Source: an uncultured delta proteobacterium (GTDB lineage Bacteria; Desulfobacterota; Binatia; UBA9968). From it: a stretch of 64,000 nt of DNA. This document shows positions 10,150 to 20,295 of the stretch, one piece after another. The stretch covers positions 480,001 to 544,000 of the forward strand of contig CAVUZH010000014.1 in NCBI GenBank assembly GCA_963745835.1. The letters are read 5' to 3'. The notes beneath the pieces are model-generated. The model made no database searches. It was given only the letters and a program-made list of their open reading frames with translations, and was not told where the DNA came from. Position numbers and translations under genes: made by a program. Positions within the stretch are counted from its first letter, which is position 1. Each line of letters opens with the position of its first letter.

Positions 10150-11175
10150 TTAGCGGAGTCGAAAAATCTGTTTCCATATCTTTTCGTATTTTGGAAATTC
10201 CTTGAGGTCCGCGACACTGATCGGATAGATCTTTTCAGTCCGGGTTTTGTCCACCGGTTCGACTTTCGGGTGCGCGGGAGTCCGGCCGCCTTGGGCCATA
10301 GCTTTCTGCCCGTCGACACTGGCCATCCAGCGGGAAAATAACAGCGCCGTGTTGGGATGAGGCGCGTCCTTAAAAATTGCCGTGGCATTGATCGAAGCAA
10401 CGCCTTCACTCAGCATATAGTTGAGCGGCGCTCCCTTTTTTATCCTGCTTGGATAATGATGAGAATAACAAGTCAGACAAACGGCAGCTTGGCCGGCGAC
10501 GAGTAACTCCGCCAATTGGGAATGACCGGAATGAAACTCGACGTTGTTGGCGGCGATCTTTTTCCACAAATTGATGGCCTTCTCATCGTCTTTAAACTTG
10601 TACTTGGCAAATCCCAAAAGCATTTCAAGATCCCGGGGCTCGGCAATCAGCCGGTTTTTCCAGCGCGGATCGGCAAAATCTTCATACTGCTTGGGCTCTT
10701 CTTCTTTCTTCACGAGATTGGTGTTCCATGCCGCGATAATGAACTGAAGATCCGAAGCGACCCAGAACGTTCCCTTCATTCCGGCGACATAGTCGGAGGA
10801 TTCAGGAAGGGTTGTTTCCAGCAATAGCTTCTGATCGTGAGCCTGACTGACATTCTCCAGCGGCACCTGTAAGACATCCCCTAGAGTCTTGCCGCCGCGC
10901 GCCTCGGTGACCGCACGAGCAACCAATTTATCGGAAGTTGCATCGACATGATTGACTTTGATTCCCGGGAAGCGTTTTTCAAAAACCGGAAGAATCCTGG
11001 CGGCATTGATTTGCGCCAACGTGGCATAGAAATTGAGCGTGCCGCCTTCCTTCAATGCGCTTTTATGAAGCTCGTCGAGAGTTTGTGACTGTGCGATCCC
11101 GGCGGTTGAGAATAACACCGCCAATACGCCAAAAAGCGCGTGAGTTGCAACCAGCTGCCTAAAAAACCTCTTCAT
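10150..11175 (-). CDS. Extracellular solute-binding protein, paralog 4 of a tandem array
   Basis: Signal peptide; FEKRFPGIKV, AWNTNLV, APHPNTALLF; AGGAGG RBS. Confidence 0.92.
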   Translation of the reverse strand: MKRFFRQLVATHALFGVLAVLFSTAGIAQSQTLDELHKSALKEGGTLNFYATLAQINAARILPVFEKRFPGIKVNHVDATSDKLVARAVTEARGGKTLGDVLQVPLENVSQAHDQKLLLETTLPESSDYVAGMKGTFWVASDLQFIIAAWNTNLVKKEEEPKQYEDFADPRWKNRLIAEPRDLEMLLGFAKYKFKDDEKAINLWKKIAANNVEFHSGHSQLAELLVAGQAAVCLTCYSHHYPSRIKKGAPLNYMLSEGVASINATAIFKDAPHPNTALLFSRWMASVDGQKAMAQGGRTPAHPKVEPVDKTRTEKIYPISVADLKEFPKYEKIWKQIFRLR

Positions 11176-11262
11176 CTAATCGACCTCCTTGCAATCGTGT
11201 ACAAACGTGAATTTTCGCATGGTTGATATCAGGTTAAAATGCGGAGTCAAGTCAAGCAATTG

Positions 11263-12285
11263 TCAACGGAGCTTGAAAATTTCCTTCCAAATTTTTTCGT
11301 ACTTCGGCCATTCTTTTATTTCTTGGGCACCGATGGCGTAGATCGCTTCCGGCCGGGTTTTTTCCGAGGGTTCAACTTCCGGATGCGTTGGCGTGCGGCC
11401 GCCTTCGCTATAGGCTTTCTGTCCTTCCCGGCTCATCGCCCATCTTGCAAATAGCAACGCCGTGTTGGGATGAGGAGCATTTTTGAAGATACCTGTTGCT
11501 GAAATGGTACCGATGCCTTCGGCCAGCAGGTAGCCCACAGGAGCGCCTTTTTTGATACGAGGCGGGAAATGATGCGAGTAACACGTGAAGCATGCGGCGC
11601 CCTGGCCGGAGACTAGGAATTCTGCCAATTCCGAATGCCCCTTATGGAATTCGACGCCATTGGCAGCGATCTTTTTCAACAACGCTACAGCCTTCTCGTC
11701 GCTCTTGTATTTGCGCCGGGCCAAGCCAATGAAGACTTCCACATCCCTCGGTTCCGCGATCAGCTTGCCTTTCCATTTAGGATCGGCAAAGTCTTCAAAG
11801 GATTTGGGCGCATCCTCCTGCTTTACGAGATTGGTGTTCCACGCGGCAATCAGAAAGATGATATCAGTGGCGACCCACGAGCTGCCTTTCAAGCCATCGG
11901 GATACTCCGACGCTTCCGGAGGCAACTTCTCCAATAACAATCCCTGCTCTTGGACTTGCAACAAGTTTTCCAACGCTCCTTGGAAGACATCAGCGAGAGT
12001 TCGGCCGCCGCGGGCCTCCGTGATCGCTCTGGTTGCCAGCGCATTTGCAGTGGCGTCGATATGGTTGACCTTGATCCCCGGAAAGCGTTTTTCAAACACA
12101 GGCAGGATCTTGACGGCATTAATCTGCGCCAGCGTTCCATAAAAGTTTACTGTGCCGCCTTCCTTTAGCGCCTGCTTGTAGAGCTCGTCCAAGCCTTGAG
12201 CGGTTGCCGTTACGCCTGGCATAAACAACCAACCGATTAGAATCAACCACGAAATGATCAAAGAAATTTTTCTGTAGCTCGACAT
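11263..12285 (-). CDS. Extracellular solute-binding protein, paralog 3
   Basis: Same motifs as its neighbours; ends IFKLR. Confidence 0.92.
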   Translation of the reverse strand: MSSYRKISLIISWLILIGWLFMPGVTATAQGLDELYKQALKEGGTVNFYGTLAQINAVKILPVFEKRFPGIKVNHIDATANALATRAITEARGGRTLADVFQGALENLLQVQEQGLLLEKLPPEASEYPDGLKGSSWVATDIIFLIAAWNTNLVKQEDAPKSFEDFADPKWKGKLIAEPRDVEVFIGLARRKYKSDEKAVALLKKIAANGVEFHKGHSELAEFLVSGQGAACFTCYSHHFPPRIKKGAPVGYLLAEGIGTISATGIFKNAPHPNTALLFARWAMSREGQKAYSEGGRTPTHPEVEPSEKTRPEAIYAIGAQEIKEWPKYEKIWKEIFKLR

Positions 12286-12335
12286 GGTGCCTCCGATGAT
12301 AAGTGATGATCTACAGCTTTCTTAATGGATCAAGT

Positions 12336-13346
12336 TTAGCGCAGCTTGAAAATTTCCTTCCAAGCTTTCTCATATTTTGCGTATTGCTTCAGATCCTCAA
12401 CACCCACCGCGTAGATCGCCTGGGGCCGGATCTTTTCCGTGGGTTCGACCTTGGGATGAGCCGGGGTTCTGCCGCCCTGGGCATAGACTTTCTGTCCCTC
12501 TTCCGATGCCGCCCAGCGGTTAAACAGCCAGGCGGTGTTGGGATGCGGCGCATTCTTCATCACCGCAACCGCGATAATGCCGGCGGCGCCTTCTGAGAGC
12601 ATGTAATCGACCGGCGCGCCCTTCTTCTTCCGGGAGGGGTAGTGATGTGAGTAACAGGTGAAACAGGCAGCGGCCTGCCCGGCAACTATAAACTCAGCAA
12701 GCTGCGAGTGCCCTTTGTGAAATTCGACGTTATTAGCGGCAATTTTCGAAAGAATTGCCCGTGCTTTCTCAAAGCTTTTATGCTTGTGCGTCAAGCCGAT
12801 CAAAACTTCGTAATCTCTTGGTTCAGCAATCAGACGGCCTTTCCAGCGCGGATCGGCGAAGTCATCCAGGGTCTTGGGTTCCTCCTCCTTTTTCACCTTT
12901 TCGGTGTTCCAGGCGCCGACAAAAAAGATGAGATTGTTGGCGGTCCAGAATGTCCCTTTCAGATTTGCCGGATACTCTGCGGCTTCCGGCGGCGCCTTTT
13001 CCAAGATCAAGCCCTGAGCGTGGATCTTATTGATGTCTTCGAGCCCGAATTCAACTACGTCGGCGAGAGTTCGGCCGCCTCGTGCTTCGGTGATAGCGCG
13101 GGCTGAAAGCTTGTCGGATGTAGCATCGACGTGGTTGATCCTAATGCCGGGAAAGCGCTTCTCGAAAAGCGGATAGATTTTCTCGGCGTTGATTTGCGCC
13201 AGCGAGCAGTAGCAGTTAAGCACGCCTTCTTCGCTGAGGGCTTTCTTGTAGAGTTCATCAATCGATTCGGTTTGCGCGGCAAAGCCCGGCGAAACCAAGC
13301 CCAACGTTGCCGCTAATAAAATCAATGTGCTAATGGCCGATCGCAT
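12336..13346 (-). CDS. Extracellular solute-binding protein, paralog 2
   Basis: Start MRSAIS after AGGAGG; same motifs; ends IFKLR. Confidence 0.92.
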   Translation of the reverse strand: MRSAISTLILLAATLGLVSPGFAAQTESIDELYKKALSEEGVLNCYCSLAQINAEKIYPLFEKRFPGIRINHVDATSDKLSARAITEARGGRTLADVVEFGLEDINKIHAQGLILEKAPPEAAEYPANLKGTFWTANNLIFFVGAWNTEKVKKEEEPKTLDDFADPRWKGRLIAEPRDYEVLIGLTHKHKSFEKARAILSKIAANNVEFHKGHSQLAEFIVAGQAAACFTCYSHHYPSRKKKGAPVDYMLSEGAAGIIAVAVMKNAPHPNTAWLFNRWAASEEGQKVYAQGGRTPAHPKVEPTEKIRPQAIYAVGVEDLKQYAKYEKAWKEIFKLR

Positions 13347-13443
13347 ATCGCCTCCTCTGCCGCCTTTACGGCCGGCTTTCAAAGTTGCCTGCTATTCAAG
13401 TTCCTGTGAGAACATGGTGTGATCTATAGATGCGAATTCTGAA

Positions 13444-14460
13444 TCACCTTAGCTTAAATATATCTTTCCAGATCTTTTCGTATTTGCTCCAGTTCTTTAG
13501 TTCGTCGGTGCCGATTGGATAGATTTTCGCCGGCCGGATCTTGTCCATGGGCTCGACTTTGGGATGGGGCGGCGTGCGGCCGCCGATGGCGTAGACCTTT
13601 TGCCCTTCCTCGCTGGCGGACCAGCGGGCAAACAACCATGCCGTATTGGGATGGGGACTGTCTTTGGCCACCGCCGTGGCGTTTATTGAAGCGACGCCTT
13701 CGGTCAGCATATATCCTAGAGGCGCGCCTTTTTTGATGCGTGGCGGATAGTGATGGGCATAGCAGGTAAAGCACGCGGCCGCCTGTCCGGCCACCAGAAA
13801 CTCGGCAAGCTGGGAGTGGCCTTTGTGAAACTCTACGTTATTGACGGCGATTTTCTTGAGCAGCGCTATCGCCTTCTCGTCGCTCTTGTACTTGTGATTG
13901 GCAAGACCCATGAGGATCTCAACGTCACGCGGTTCTGCGATGAGCCGGCCCTTCCAGCGCGGATCCGCGAAGTCTTCGAACTGCTTGGGCTCTTCGCCTT
14001 TCTTGACCAGGTTTGTATTCCAGGCTCCCGTAATAAACAACAAATCGGCTGCGATCCAGAAGCTACCCTTCAGATTGTCGGGATAGACCGCCGCTTCGGG
14101 AGGAAGTTTCTCAATAACTAGTTTCTGATCCGCCAGTTGTAAGATATTTTCCAAAGTCATCTGAAAGATATCGGCGGAGACTTTGCCGCCGCGCGCTTCC
14201 GTGATGGCGCGCGCGGCCAGCTTATCGGCAGTGGCGTCAACGTGATTGATCTTCAATCCGGCGAAGCGCTTCTCAAATAAGGGAATGACTTTGGCGGCAT
14301 TGATTTGCGCCAAGGTGCCATAAAAGTTTAGATCCCCGCCTTCTTTGAGCGCCTTCTTGTAGAGGTCATCCAGGCTTTCGGTCTGACCGTTTCCCCAACT
14401 CGGAAAGGCGACGACAACGAAGACTATCCACCAGCTGATTCTATTGAGATTTAAAAACAT
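13444..14460 (-). CDS. Extracellular solute-binding protein, paralog 1
   Basis: Same motifs; ends IFKLR. Confidence 0.92.
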   Translation of the reverse strand: MFLNLNRISWWIVFVVVAFPSWGNGQTESLDDLYKKALKEGGDLNFYGTLAQINAAKVIPLFEKRFAGLKINHVDATADKLAARAITEARGGKVSADIFQMTLENILQLADQKLVIEKLPPEAAVYPDNLKGSFWIAADLLFITGAWNTNLVKKGEEPKQFEDFADPRWKGRLIAEPRDVEILMGLANHKYKSDEKAIALLKKIAVNNVEFHKGHSQLAEFLVAGQAAACFTCYAHHYPPRIKKGAPLGYMLTEGVASINATAVAKDSPHPNTAWLFARWSASEEGQKVYAIGGRTPPHPKVEPMDKIRPAKIYPIGTDELKNWSKYEKIWKDIFKLR

Positions 14461-14510
14461 CGCGCATCCCTCCGTAGTTATCTCTAACGGTACTGGAATA
14501 TCGCCGTGTA

Positions 14511-15587
14511 CTACTTCTTACCGCCCTTCATCGCGGTTTGGAGTTTGCTTTTCAAATCAGGGCTCATACCAAGAAACTCCTGAACCAGTTTGTATATCTC
14601 ATCGCCGAGCATCGGATCGATTTCGAGTTTGCCTTTTTCCGCATCAGCCATGAGTTCTTTGTCCGTGAAAACTTTCGCAAAGGCATTTTCCAGAGCGTGG
14701 GCACGATCGGCGGAGGTTCCTGGCGGAAGAACATACACCTTGCCGAAGTCATTCGGTGTGCTCGTGCCATATTTCATAATCAGCCGTTCTTCATTGGTTT
14801 TGCCGATTTGTGAAATCGTCGGCACGTTGGGAATGATTAGATCCTTGATCGGTTTTTCGGATAACTGCGCCAGCACCAGCCACTCGCCGCTCTTGACCTT
14901 GTCGAATGAAGTTACCTTCGAGGAAGTCCAGGTGTTGAAGAAGCCATCCACCTCGCCGCTGTCAATGGCTAATCTTACGTCGGCGGTTCCTTTGTACCCG
15001 GAAACGACTTTGAGATTCGCGCCTAACACGTCACGGGTCAGTATCGGCGCATGTTCCACGGTCGATCCCGGAATCGCGCCAATACTTACCTGCTTGCTCT
15101 TGGCACCAATCAGATCATCGAATTTAGTGACGCCAGATTTTTTCGTGACGATAAACAAGTAGGTTTCGCTCACCGGCACCGCTAGGTAGCGAAATTTGGC
15201 CATGTCGAACTGGATAGAAGGACTGCCAAAGAGTTGCTCGAGAACAATCGGTCCCGAAATATTGCCGATGACGGTGCCGTCTTTGGGCGCTGCGTTGAAA
15301 GTATGATTCGCCGCGATGATGCTCCCGGCGCCGGGCATATTATCGACGATTACGGCGGGATTCCCGGGAATGTATTTGGACATGTGGCGGGCAATCAGCC
15401 TGGAGTACTGATCGTAGCCGCCGCCGGCGGAAAACCCGACGATGATCCGCACCGTCTTGCCTCGGTAAAAATCGGCAACGGCCTTTTCATCATAGCTTGA
15501 CTTAGCGCCCGGCTGAGCAGCCATAGCGGAACTAGATGAAATCCACAGCGCAAGAAACAGCAGCACAAAAACTTTGGCAAAACTCAT
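14511..15587 (-). CDS. Tripartite tricarboxylate transporter substrate-binding protein (TctC/Bug family)
   Basis: VGFSAGGGYD, NMPGAGS, APKDG, GYKGTAD...GEVDG; alternative start at 15614. Confidence 0.92.
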   Translation of the reverse strand: MSFAKVFVLLFLALWISSSSAMAAQPGAKSSYDEKAVADFYRGKTVRIIVGFSAGGGYDQYSRLIARHMSKYIPGNPAVIVDNMPGAGSIIAANHTFNAAPKDGTVIGNISGPIVLEQLFGSPSIQFDMAKFRYLAVPVSETYLFIVTKKSGVTKFDDLIGAKSKQVSIGAIPGSTVEHAPILTRDVLGANLKVVSGYKGTADVRLAIDSGEVDGFFNTWTSSKVTSFDKVKSGEWLVLAQLSEKPIKDLIIPNVPTISQIGKTNEERLIMKYGTSTPNDFGKVYVLPPGTSADRAHALENAFAKVFTDKELMADAEKGKLEIDPMLGDEIYKLVQEFLGMSPDLKSKLQTAMKGGKK

Positions 15588-15810
15588 GGCAATTTCTTCA
15601 GCCTCCTTCTTCATTCAACCGTTAAATAATTCTTTTCTTCAGTGATTAGACGACAATGGCAGATCCGAGCTTCAGCTTTGGCTTAGCTAAGCTCTTTCTT
15701 TTGTTAAGCGACCGGCCTTTAAGGAGGGTACTTTGAAGCCAAATCTCTTTGCCTGCCGCGCTGATCATAACCCTAAGGCTCCTCTGTAAAACCCGATGAG
15801 TCCAAAACCG

Positions 15811-16779
15811 CTACAGGTGCTCGAGCCGTTTCAGCGTCGCGGCGTAATCAGCAACCGCTTTATCGATCGGATAGTCCGGCTGATACCCGAGCTGTTCTTT
15901 AGATCTCGAGAAATCGCTCGCAAGACGAGATTCGGGGTAAGGCATTGGATTATCGCCTTTGATCAACTCGATCTTGGAGTCGGGAAAATTTTGTTGAATG
16001 GCCGCGATGATCTCCTCACCGCCGACCATCTGACCATTGCCGATGTGAAATAGATCATCCTTGAATTTTCCCTGCGTTACAGCGAGCACTGTTCCCTTAG
16101 CGGCATCCTTACCGTATAAGATTTCGGCAGCGCCATAAGGCCATTTGATTTTCGCCGCTTCACCTTTAAGAGCGGCGCGGATCATTTGCTGAATCGCGAC
16201 TTCTCTGGTCGCTTTGAGGGACACTGGCGACGGACCATAGAGACCGCCGACGTAACGGAGGCAGATGAATTCAAAACCGTATCGTCTGGCGTAAGCCCGG
16301 CCCATGAACTCGCAGCTGGCTTTGGTCGCGGCATAGATCGAGGGCGGGTTTACCGCAATAGATTCATCTATTTTCGCTAAACCTTCGCCGATAGATCCCA
16401 GGTAGACTGTTCCGGAACTTGGGAAGATGATGCGGGAAACCTTTTCCAGGCGCGCCGCTTCGAAGACATTGACCGTTCCCATAAAATTCAGACGCACGCC
16501 GCTATACGGTCGCCGCTGAACTTCCTCGCCTAGAAACGCCGCCAGATGAATAATGCGGTCACAGTCATGGTCGCGCAGCGTGGAGATCAAAGCCGGAAGG
16601 TCCGCCATGTCGCCGCGCACCAAAGTGATTCGGTGGGTATCAACACCGACTGCCGCCAACAGCCGCTCATTGATCGCCACATCAAAAACAACCGGCCGTT
16701 CCCCTCGCTCCAACAACATGCCCACCGCATAGGCTCCCACCAGGCCCGAACCACCGGTGACAAGAATTCCCTTAGCCAT
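15811..16779 (-). CDS. NAD-dependent epimerase/dehydratase
   Basis: TGGSGLVG, IHLAA, YAATK. Confidence 0.9.
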   Translation of the reverse strand: MAKGILVTGGSGLVGAYAVGMLLERGERPVVFDVAINERLLAAVGVDTHRITLVRGDMADLPALISTLRDHDCDRIIHLAAFLGEEVQRRPYSGVRLNFMGTVNVFEAARLEKVSRIIFPSSGTVYLGSIGEGLAKIDESIAVNPPSIYAATKASCEFMGRAYARRYGFEFICLRYVGGLYGPSPVSLKATREVAIQQMIRAALKGEAAKIKWPYGAAEILYGKDAAKGTVLAVTQGKFKDDLFHIGNGQMVGGEEIIAAIQQNFPDSKIELIKGDNPMPYPESRLASDFSRSKEQLGYQPDYPIDKAVADYAATLKRLEHL

Positions 16780-16812
16780 CTTGGCTCCTCCAGGAACTGC
16801 CTCTACTATCTC

Positions 16813-16842
16813 AAACGACTCATTGAGTCAACGTAGTCGTTT
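16813..16842. promoter_or_regulatory. Nested inverted repeats in a divergent intergenic region (possible operator)
   Basis: AAACGACT-N14-AGTCGTTT overlapping GACTCA-T-TGAGTC. Confidence 0.35.
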
Positions 16843-17010
16843 TCGTCAATTTTAACGTCTTTGGTAGCAGTTTTAATAACTTAAAAAGAACCATGAACCG
16901 TCTATGTGCCCCTCATTTCCTAAGACTTTGGTTGGGGAAACCTGGGTGTTTGCTTGATTTCATCAACAGCAAAATGATAGTTATGCGGCGGTTTCAAGGA
17001 GGGTCCAGTC

Positions 17011-18000
17011 ATGGTCACCAAAATGGCTTTGGTTTTAGCCGGATTGCTTTCATTCGTGGTCACGGTTTCGCCCGCCAACGCACAAGAAAAGCTCAGGCTT
17101 GCCTGGGCGGGTTTCAGCCCGACCAATAGCCCGATCTGGGTCATTGAAGATAGGAAGCTTTTACAAAAGATGGGTGTTGAGCCGGAAATCATCGCGATCA
17201 GCGCCAGCCCCACGGTCCTCCAGGCGCTTTTGGCAAACGAGATCGATGCCGCGAGCATTTCTGTTACCACCTTGACCAGCTCACGGCTTCAGGGTGCCGA
17301 CACAGTGATGGTCGTCGGCGTGGTTCCCACTTTTGTCGACCATATTGTTTCACTCTCCAATATCACCAAGGTCGAGCAACTAAAAGGTAAAACCGGCGCG
17401 GTCAATCGTTTAGGCAGCACTTCCGATCTCGGTCTTCGTCTTGCCTTGAGGAAACTCGGCGTCGATCCGGAGAAAGACGTGAAGATCATCCCTGCAGGAG
17501 GCAATCCCGAGCGATTCGCGGCGCTCAGCAAAGGACTGGTTCAGTTTACTATTATGCCGGAGCCGTTCTTAACTCAGGCAGAGAAGCTCGGCTTCCGCAA
17601 CCTTTATAATGTAACCGATCTAAAAATACCCTTCTGGTGGAACGGCATTCTCAGCCGTGAAGCGATCGTTAAGAAAAATCGGCCGCTTCTGCTCAAGCTC
17701 ACCCGGGCCATGGTGGAAGCCATCCACATCATCAAGACCGAGAAGGAGTATGCCAAAGGTCTATTCAAAAAGAATTTAGGCGTTGCCGATCCTGAAGGTT
17801 TGGAAAGAGCCTATCAAGATTACTCCAATGTATTTCCCGAGATTCCGTATCCTCATTCTGAGGGCGTGAAGACCATGCTCGACGATCTCGCGCCGCGCAA
17901 TCCGAAAGCTGCCGCGGCCGATCCCAAGGCATTCGTCGATATGAGTCTGGTCAAAGAGGTGGAGGCGTCTGGTTTGATCAAGCAGCTTTATAAGAAATAA
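17011..18000 (+). CDS. ABC transporter substrate-binding protein (SsuA/NMT1-like)
   Basis: Signal peptide; QLKGKTGAVNRLGSTS, FVDMSLVKEV. Confidence 0.9.
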   Translation: MVTKMALVLAGLLSFVVTVSPANAQEKLRLAWAGFSPTNSPIWVIEDRKLLQKMGVEPEIIAISASPTVLQALLANEIDAASISVTTLTSSRLQGADTVMVVGVVPTFVDHIVSLSNITKVEQLKGKTGAVNRLGSTSDLGLRLALRKLGVDPEKDVKIIPAGGNPERFAALSKGLVQFTIMPEPFLTQAEKLGFRNLYNVTDLKIPFWWNGILSREAIVKKNRPLLLKLTRAMVEAIHIIKTEKEYAKGLFKKNLGVADPEGLERAYQDYSNVFPEIPYPHSEGVKTMLDDLAPRNPKAAAADPKAFVDMSLVKEVEASGLIKQLYKK

Positions 18001-18017
18001 ACCACGGAGGTTGAATC

Positions 18018-18851
18018 ATGGCAGCAGAACCAGAAGTACTCGCGGACGAACATCCACTGATGCGACAAGGAATGGGCCGGCTGCGCGGCAAGATTGCGGT
18101 GATCACCGGAGCAAACAGTGGAATTGGCCGGGCCACCGCTCGGCTCTTCGGGCGCGAAGGCGCAAAGGTTGTTTGCTGCGATATTCAGGAGACGATCACG
18201 CCGCGAATCGACGAGGTGATCAAACGGGAAGGCGGGCAGGCGGTTTTTACTAAGATCGACGTGACCAAGCAGGACGATTGCGAACGCCTGCTCAGCGCCG
18301 CCATAGAAGCGTTTGGCGATCTGGATATTCTCTATAATAATGCCGGCGCCGGTATCCGCAAGAAGCTCCATGAGCACACCGATGACGAATGGAATTTCGT
18401 TCTCAACACCAACTTGAATGCAATGTTTCGAGGCGCCCGCGCGGTGCTGCCGCATTTTATTAAGAAAGGAAGCGGGAACATCGTCACCACCGCTTCCACA
18501 TTCGGCCTTTTAGCTTCAGCGGAGTATCCAGGTTACTGCGCCACTAAAGCGGCGATCGTCAATCTCACCCGCGAGATGGCATTGGACTATGGCCCGCTCG
18601 GGATCAGAGTAAACTGTGTTTGCCCCGGCGCCATCGAGACTCCGCGCTTCAGAGGATTTCCGCCTAAGCCGACCTTGAGCGGCATTACCGAAGAACAGCG
18701 CAAAACCATGGGTTCCAGCAATAAGGCTCTGCTGCGCATGGGTCGTCCGGAAGAGATTGCCTATGGGGTGCTTTTCCTGGTCTCCGATGAAGCTTCCTTC
18801 GTAACCGGTCACGCGCTGGTCATCGATGGCGGTCAAACCATCGACGCATAG
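18018..18851 (+). CDS. SDR family oxidoreductase
   Basis: TGANSGIG, NNAG, YCATK, IDGG. Confidence 0.93.
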   Translation: MAAEPEVLADEHPLMRQGMGRLRGKIAVITGANSGIGRATARLFGREGAKVVCCDIQETITPRIDEVIKREGGQAVFTKIDVTKQDDCERLLSAAIEAFGDLDILYNNAGAGIRKKLHEHTDDEWNFVLNTNLNAMFRGARAVLPHFIKKGSGNIVTTASTFGLLASAEYPGYCATKAAIVNLTREMALDYGPLGIRVNCVCPGAIETPRFRGFPPKPTLSGITEEQRKTMGSSNKALLRMGRPEEIAYGVLFLVSDEASFVTGHALVIDGGQTIDA

Positions 18852-18923
18852 GGGACACGCATTGGAGTAATGGAGTGGTGGGGTTGCTGCACCCTTTACC
18901 ATCCTGAGTGAATGAAATTCTGG

Positions 18924-19043
18924 AGGTGGTCAAAAAGGTTTAGATGCGAGATGCGCGACGGCCGACGAGCGGAGGCGTACGCTGGAGTACGTCGAGCGAG
19001 TCGGACTAGCGCAACGAAGCAGATGAACATTTTTCACCAGCCT
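18924..19043. repeat. Interspersed REP/MITE-like palindromic element (about 120 bp)
   Basis: Imperfect terminal inverted repeats AGGTGGTCAAAAA / TTTTTCACCAGCCT, central CGTAC-N6-GTACG stem; lies between convergent genes; second copy at about 2145-2272. Confidence 0.7.
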
Positions 19044-19047
19044 GAAA

Positions 19048-20139
19048 TTACTTTCGGACGACATACCAGTTGTTCTGTATATCGTGCGCCAACTCATGCT
19101 TCTGCACCGATTTAAACCCGGCTTTTTGCAGATAATCCCGGGTCATCTCTTCGCCCCACATCGCCCCGACCCCTTCACCGCCTTGGGCCAGGGAAACCGT
19201 CATGCAGTGCATGCATGACACTGTATATAAAAACGGGCCGATCGGATGATCGATATTCTTGTGAAGTTGGCTGGAGCCTTTGATGTCCTGCATCAGGTAG
19301 ACTCCGTTGGGGCGCAGAGCGCGATGAACGCCTTTGAGAACGTTCAACGGAAATTTTTGATCGTGAACCGCGTCGAAGGTGGTTATTAGATCGAACGCTT
19401 CGAGTTCCGCGGTTTGATCGAAATTACTCAGATCGGCAACGATAAATTCTACGTTCCTGAGTTTTTTGTCCGCTGCGGTTTTCCAAGCAAACATGACCGC
19501 TTCGCTTGAAAGATCAATCCCGGTAAACCTGCTTTTCGGAAACAGTTCGGCTAGCCGAATCATCGTGAGGCCTCGGCCGCAGCCGGCATCGAGCATTTGA
19601 ATCCCCTCTGCCAGCTGATCCGACAAGCCGGGTACGAGCGGCAGAATATGACTTTCTAGAGAAGAAAGAACGGATTGGCCGCTGTCCTCGGCCATAACCT
19701 CATGGAAGCGCGGGAACCTGGTGTATGGGACGCCGCCGCCTTTGTAAAAGCACTCGACGATTTCATCTTCGACACTGCCCATGACACCGATGTACTGCGC
19801 GAAGACTGACATGTTATTAGCGCCGGCTGCTCGAGTAAGCGCTGCTGCATTTTCTCGGGGCAAGGAAAACTTGTAGGTATTCGGATCCAATTCGACAACA
19901 CTTCCGGTTACCATGGCGCCAAGCCATTCGCGAACGTAGCGCTCGTTGAGACCGGCCTTAGAAGCAATCTCAGCGCACGAGGACGGTTGAAGATTGCTCA
20001 TCGTATCGAAGAGCCCCGTGCGGTGGCCGATGGAAATCATCACGCAAAGCGAGCTTTGATTCAGCATGGTCAAGAGACGGTTGGCGAAATCGTCAGCCTT
20101 TGCTTGGCTAAACGAAGTTGCTGGATGATCGGTAGTCAT
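19048..20139 (-). CDS. Class I SAM-dependent methyltransferase with N-terminal wHTH (Rv2258c-like)
   Basis: GLNERYVREWL, LDAGCGRG, FDAVHD, SCMHCMTVSLAQGGEG.GAMWGE. Confidence 0.9.
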   Translation of the reverse strand: MTTDHPATSFSQAKADDFANRLLTMLNQSSLCVMISIGHRTGLFDTMSNLQPSSCAEIASKAGLNERYVREWLGAMVTGSVVELDPNTYKFSLPRENAAALTRAAGANNMSVFAQYIGVMGSVEDEIVECFYKGGGVPYTRFPRFHEVMAEDSGQSVLSSLESHILPLVPGLSDQLAEGIQMLDAGCGRGLTMIRLAELFPKSRFTGIDLSSEAVMFAWKTAADKKLRNVEFIVADLSNFDQTAELEAFDLITTFDAVHDQKFPLNVLKGVHRALRPNGVYLMQDIKGSSQLHKNIDHPIGPFLYTVSCMHCMTVSLAQGGEGVGAMWGEEMTRDYLQKAGFKSVQKHELAHDIQNNWYVVRK

Positions 20140-20295
20140 GGGCGCACCTCTATCTAGATTACGATTTATTTAGCGAACGCGTTTGAGTGCTCTCGGTTAC
20201 TTCCATCCTTCGCTATGTGAGAATAGCGAGCAGGGAGTAGCAACAATCCTAAGCGCCAAACCAGAGTTTAGAGTAAACGCAATCGCTAAGTACAA

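Noticed and set aside
10150-14460. CRISPR-like or DNA tandem array suggested by recurring sequence
   Set aside because: The recurrence comes from four paralogous genes; there are no short repeats with unique spacers and no cas genes.
18862-18881. TGGAGTAA/TGGAGTGG octamer repeat
   Set aside because: Only about 2.5 degenerate units and no partner inverted copy; too weak to call.
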